Made by a program: the position numbers and the translations under genes. The notes below the pieces were generated by a model. It was not told where the DNA came from. It did no database searches and saw only the letters and a program-made list of their open reading frames with translations. From Chlamydiales bacterium (GTDB lineage Bacteria > Chlamydiota > Chlamydiia > Chlamydiales > JBDQID01), in NCBI GenBank assembly GCA_047611865.1, contig JBLFWS010000108.1, positions 1-11,503 on the forward strand: a DNA stretch of 11,503 bases. Direction: 5' to 3'. Within the stretch, counting starts at the first letter, position 1, and each line of letters opens with the position of its first letter. This document shows, one piece after another, positions 8,114 through 11,503 of this stretch.

Positions 8114-8275
8114 CACAAACTCCTGAAACAATAAAAGTTTCTGCTTTTGGTTTTTTTAAGAAATTGGTTTCTGGTTTATGCATCTTCTTGCTACCAGTTC
8201 ACCAAGAACTAGGGACAATAAACCATACGATATAAACCATTCAACCAGAAACCTAGGAAGAGGGCACTGTAAGTG

Positions 8276-8305
8276 AAAAAAAACCAATGGATGCCCATTG
8301 GGTTT
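8276..8305 (-). terminator. Rho-independent terminator of the CT016-like gene
   Basis: Minus strand reads CCAATGG-GCAT-CCATTGG followed by T8, about 30 nt downstream of the stop at 8336. Confidence 0.75.
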
Positions 8306-8335
8306 TAGGAACTGTAATGGAGGAGTTCAGAAGAA

Positions 8336-9061
8336 CTAGCTGTTTAAGACAGCTCTAATGTGATCGCAGTTTTTCTCTCCGCAGGTACATCCTACAGGAT
8401 TTCCAAGATATACGCTGTATACCTCTTTGGAGTCTAAAGGATTAGATACTGAGTATAACTTGTCATTACTTTGGTCAATATCCCATTCGCGAAACTTTAG
8501 GTCTTCATCTGTAACTTCTTCATCCTGAATGACTTCTTCATCGTTTACTCCTTGAATTGCATTAGCAATTTGACAGAAGATACAATTACAGTGTGGTTCC
8601 GCTTTAGGAAGTGTCATATTTTCATCATTACCAAGAATCTTTGCGATAGAGCTTATCTTTTGAAGAAGTTCTTCTGGCAGCTCAGGCATATCTTTTTGAG
8701 CAGGATTATGTTGCATTGCAGCACCAAAACTTTCTAGACCTCCCTGACCAAATCGAATAGGAAGACCCACGATATTTTCATTATTTAATAAAGAGGAAGA
8801 GAGTTGAGAAAATGGGTGAGGATATTGGGATTCTTCACTAGCAGAAATTTGAGTGTGTATGTCATCGGTTTTTTCAACATAGTCAATATGCGCTTGAAAC
8901 GCCTGTTCTATTGTAGAATTATCCAGATTAGGTATCTCGATGTGTGAATCGTCAATCAGGGAGACAATAAATACTTCGCCAGAAACTCTTAGAGAAGAAA
9001 CGTTTTCCCATGTAGTCGAAATATACCGGGGGATGCTTATGATTTTATCATCGATTTTCAT
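8336..9061 (-). CDS. Chlamydiae-conserved protein, CT016-like, with a C-terminal SWIM-like Zn finger
   Basis: 241 aa. It has N-terminal MKIDDKIISIPRYISTTW, a HCNCIFCQI cluster, an acidic linker and a terminal CTCGEKNCDHI (CxC-xn-CxH). It sits between CT015-like and CT017-like genes. Confidence 0.75.
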   Translation of the reverse strand: MKIDDKIISIPRYISTTWENVSSLRVSGEVFIVSLIDDSHIEIPNLDNSTIEQAFQAHIDYVEKTDDIHTQISASEESQYPHPFSQLSSSLLNNENIVGLPIRFGQGGLESFGAAMQHNPAQKDMPELPEELLQKISSIAKILGNDENMTLPKAEPHCNCIFCQIANAIQGVNDEEVIQDEEVTDEDLKFREWDIDQSNDKLYSVSNPLDSKEVYSVYLGNPVGCTCGEKNCDHIRAVLNS

Positions 9062-9136
9062 AGTTACCTGCCCAATTTTTTATGTAGCCTTATACGATTA
9101 CGTTTGAAAGGTGATTAATAATCTTCGCGAAATCGT

Positions 9137-9178
9137 ATTTTATGGTCACTGTTTATTTTAATTTTATGTTCACTGTTT
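9137..9178. repeat. Tandem 18-bp direct repeat in the divergent promoter region
   Basis: ATTTTATGGTCACTGTTT (9137-9154) and ATTTTATGTTCACTGTTT (9161-9178) are 17/18 identical with a period of 24 bp. Confidence 0.7.
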
Positions 9179-9339
9179 TTTTAATATGCCTAGATAATAA
9201 CGGGTAAAGGAAATTCCTGCAAGTACTTTAGCAGTCAAAGCCGTGGAGTGCTGAAAAATAATACATAGTTAAAAATATGAATATGTTATAACGTGATGTT
9301 CAAGGCTGAATTAACTCAATTTTAAGGGGGGGGAGCAGA

Positions 9340-9444
9340 ATGGATTTCCCTAAACTTAAGTCAAAGGAGAGCGAGGTAGGTAGTCGTTTTTGCAGCAATT
9401 TTTTACTCCATACATTCACCCATTTGCAGAATGAGGCAATATGA
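9340..9444 (+). CDS. Putative 34-aa upstream ORF / leader peptide
   Basis: MDFPKLKSKESEVGSRFCSNFLLHTFTHLQNEAI*. It is preceded by a G-rich SD-like run (GGGGGGGGAG, 9326-9335). Its TGA overlaps ATG 9441 of the phoH frame (ATGA). Confidence 0.3.
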   Translation: MDFPKLKSKESEVGSRFCSNFLLHTFTHLQNEAI

Positions 9445-9515
9445 TTAATGTTACGTCAGGTTCCGCAACGACCTTAATTGGTGAGTCCGAAATTTGTGAT
9501 AAGGAGAAGTCAGTA

Positions 9516-10817
9516 GTGTCACGTAAAACTTTTGTTATAGATACCAACGTGTTATTGCATGATCCAGAGGCCATAATAAAATTTCCAAATAGTGATATTG
9601 TGGTGCCCATAGCTGTACTTGAAGAGCTTGGATCAATGAAGAGACTTTCGGACGAAAGGGGCCAAAATTCAAGGTCTGTTCTTCGTCTTCTTGATTCATT
9701 AAAGAAAAAAGGCACCGGAGACTTACATGACGGCGTCTTTATTGAAAATGGGGCAAGAATCTGTGTCGAGATGGATCCCAAGACCCATTTGGATCCAGAA
9801 GATTTTCCCTCTCTTCGCCACAATAAAGTCCTCATGCCTGCATTTAATCGTTCGAAAAAGGGAGATCGAGTAGTCTTTGTGTCCAAAGACCTAGTCTCCC
9901 GGGTAAAAGCAGAAGCAATGGGCCTTGAAGCAGAAGATTATGAAAATTTAAAGTTTTCCTATCACAATGTCTGCAAGGGAATACAGAGACTTGAAGTCGA
10001 AAAACGGGTTATAGATAGTTTTTATAAAGATAACGGAGTGTTTCTTGAAGGGAAATTTCACACTAACGAATATCTTGTTCTCACTTCCCCAGAACAGTCT
10101 TCAGCAGTGTGTAGATGGGATTCTATCCAGCAACGTGCTGTACCTCTCATAAAAGGACCTGACAACTTGTGGGGAGTCAAACCTCTCAATGTCGAACAAC
10201 GTTGTTCCCTGGATCTCCTTCTTCGAGATGATGTTAAGCTTGTAGCTTTGATTGGACAAGCTGGAACTGGAAAAACCCTTATGGCTTTAGCCAGTGGTAT
10301 GAGGAAGGTCTTTGATGAGCCTGTTTACAACAAAATCCTTGTCAGTAGACCTATAATGCCTTTAGGAAAGGATATTGGATACCTGCCAGGTACCAAGGAA
10401 GAAAAGCTTTCCCATTGGATGCAGCCTATCTATGACAATCTTGAATTTCTTTGCGGTAATTCAAGCTTGGAAGAATCCAGTGAAACCATGAGATGGGTGC
10501 TTGAAAGCAAAAAAATTGAGATGGAGGCTGTAACCTACATCCGTGGACGTTCCTTACCAAAAATGTTTATTATTATTGATGAGGCTCAAAACTTGACTCC
10601 TCACGAGGTCAAAACGATTATTTCTCGTGCAGGACATGGTACAAAAGTCATTCTTGCAGGGGACCCAACTCAAATAGATAATCCCTATCTTGATAAAGAC
10701 TCGAATGGCCTTACTTTTGCTGTCGGGACCTTCCGAGACCAAAAGATTTTTGGCTCCGTCTTTTTGGATAAAACAGAAAGATCAGAGCTTGCAGCTATCG
10801 CCGCGGGCTTGATGTAA
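9516..10817 (+). CDS. phoH: PIN domain-PhoH family ATPase (PhoH2/YlaK type; chlamydial CT015-like)
   Basis: N-terminal PIN domain (FVIDTNVLLHDP, VLEEL, VSKD). PhoH motifs are GQAGTGKT, SRPIMPLGKDIGYLPG, YIRGRS, IIDEAQN and GDPTQID. The likely start is GTG 9516, with SD AAGGAG at 9501-9506 (433 aa). ATG 9441 is an in-frame alternative. Confidence 0.92.
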   Translation: MSRKTFVIDTNVLLHDPEAIIKFPNSDIVVPIAVLEELGSMKRLSDERGQNSRSVLRLLDSLKKKGTGDLHDGVFIENGARICVEMDPKTHLDPEDFPSLRHNKVLMPAFNRSKKGDRVVFVSKDLVSRVKAEAMGLEAEDYENLKFSYHNVCKGIQRLEVEKRVIDSFYKDNGVFLEGKFHTNEYLVLTSPEQSSAVCRWDSIQQRAVPLIKGPDNLWGVKPLNVEQRCSLDLLLRDDVKLVALIGQAGTGKTLMALASGMRKVFDEPVYNKILVSRPIMPLGKDIGYLPGTKEEKLSHWMQPIYDNLEFLCGNSSLEESSETMRWVLESKKIEMEAVTYIRGRSLPKMFIIIDEAQNLTPHEVKTIISRAGHGTKVILAGDPTQIDNPYLDKDSNGLTFAVGTFRDQKIFGSVFLDKTERSELAAIAAGLM

Positions 10818-10828
10818 TACGTAAATAT

Positions 10829-10860
10829 TTGAGCCGCTATTAATAGCGGCTCAATTTATT
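10829..10860 (+). terminator. Terminator after phoH
   Basis: Perfect 26-bp palindrome TTGAGCCGCTATTAATAGCGGCTCAA (10829-10854) followed by TTTATT, 11 nt after the stop. Confidence 0.75.
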
Positions 10861-10893
10861 AGCTCAATAATTTCACGATTAAATTGTCTGCGC

Positions 10894-10922
10894 TTCATAA
10901 AAATTCCCCTCTGTGCTAGAAT
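10894..10922 (+). promoter_or_regulatory. Sigma70/sigma66-type promoter of ssrA
   Basis: TTCATA-17 nt-TAGAAT with an extended -10 TG (TGcTAGAAT), 25 nt upstream of the mature tmRNA 5' end. Confidence 0.6.
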
Positions 10923-10947
10923 AATATTATGACCACCTTAAGTTATT

Positions 10948-11352
10948 GGGGGTGTACTGGTTTCGACTAGGGAACAAAGTACTGGTCGCATGCGGGGGAT
11001 GTTGGTGACCTCCTTAAGAATGCCTTCACAACTATAATTGCAAACTCTAACATCGTGAAGGGTGACTTTGGAAACTTTGGTCAGTCTGAACTTAGAGCGG
11101 CTGCTTAAGCTTAACAGCTTTAGTAACCCGATAGCCCAAAATTGGACCAGGGGTCTTGGAACTATCGTCATTTTACCTGGTATGGTCTCTATTCCCGTTA
11201 CTTCTAGGGGGTAGTTATCCGAGATTAAATGAAGTTCGTCAGCCCTAGTGGGGTGCCTTGCATGGGGGCTGATTAAACTTTTCAGGGTACTAAGCATGTA
11301 GACGCCTTTATGGAGTTTGCCAAGGACGAGAGTTCAATTCTCTCCACCTCCA
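10948..11352 (+). ncRNA. ssrA: Transfer-messenger RNA (one-piece)
   Basis: The 5' end reads GGGGGTGTACTGGTTTCGAC. Acceptor stem GGGGGTG/CACCTCC has the G3:U alanine determinant and discriminator A11352. The T-arm is GAGAG-TTCAATT-CTCTC preceded by GAC. The GCATGC/GCATGT helix is present, and the internal tag ORF ends in AAA-stop. Confidence 0.97.
11040..11108 (+). other. tmRNA proteolysis tag reading frame (A)ANSNIVKGDFGNFGQSELRAAA*
   Basis: Resume codon GCA follows ATAATT. The frame has 22 codons ending GCG GCT GCT TAA. Confidence 0.85.
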
Positions 11353-11366
11353 TATCAAAGACTCAT

Positions 11367-11418
11367 CCCGGGTACCAAAGGGGACTTAAAATCCCCCTTT
11401 GGTAACTCGGGTTTTTTT
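11367..11418 (+). terminator. Rho-independent terminator of ssrA
   Basis: CCCGGG-TACCAAAGGGG pairs with CCCCTTTGGTA-A-CTCGGG (17 bp, one G-U pair, one bulge) and is followed by T7. Confidence 0.88.
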
Positions 11419-11460
11419 GTGTCACTTCATCTGGATTAGCAAATCCACCTTAACCAAAAA

Positions 11461-11488
11461 TTTACATAATGATCAGTTTAGCTAAAAT
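11461..11488 (+). promoter_or_regulatory. Candidate promoter for a gene beyond the window
   Basis: TTTACA-16 nt-TAAAAT, preceded by an A-tract. Confidence 0.35.
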
Positions 11489-11503
11489 GAAAGGCTGGCA
11501 AGC

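Noticed and set aside
8114..8131. TTG start at 8131 for the SH3b protein
   Set aside because: ATG 8113 has a well-spaced CAGGAG SD and gives a clean signal peptide.
6323..8737. Short ORFs 6323-6565, 6370-6561, 6596-6835, 7447-7647, 7777-8031 and 8552-8737
   Set aside because: All lie within or across longer, well-supported genes.
9137..9178. CRISPR mini-array or Pho-box interpretation of the direct repeat
   Set aside because: There are only two 18-bp copies with a 6-nt spacer and no cas genes. Period and sequence do not fit a Pho box.
9416..10742. Minus-strand ORFs 9416-9886 and 10554-10742
   Set aside because: They are antisense shadows of phoH.
10938..11297. 119-aa minus-strand ORF
   Set aside because: It is antisense to the tmRNA gene and has no recognisable motifs.

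Overview
This is a mostly core chromosomal segment, most likely from an environmental (non-Chlamydiaceae) member of the Chlamydiota. The assignment is inferred from recognisable homologues of the chlamydial CT015/CT016/CT017 trio, recalled from memory and not searched. Gene order: rmuC(+), a classical eukaryotic-type protein tyrosine phosphatase(+), a shared hairpin, type II glutamine synthetase(-), a three-gene minus-strand operon [SH3b exported protein (CT017/Ctad1-like), DUF455 ferritin-like protein, ComM/YifB], a CT016-like zinc-finger protein(-), a PIN-PhoH ATPase(+) and a one-piece tmRNA gene (ssrA, 10948-11352) that the ORF track does not show. No transposase, integrase, CRISPR array or defence system is visible, and I cannot support a claim of a clearly new biological system. 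The best leads are: the PTP with altered WPD and Q loops, convergent on a GSII; a 34-codon upstream ORF coupled by an ATGA overlap to the phoH frame; a structured, repeat-rich leader before the SH3 operon; a ~116-nt palindromic element upstream of rmuC; and several operator-like repeats.
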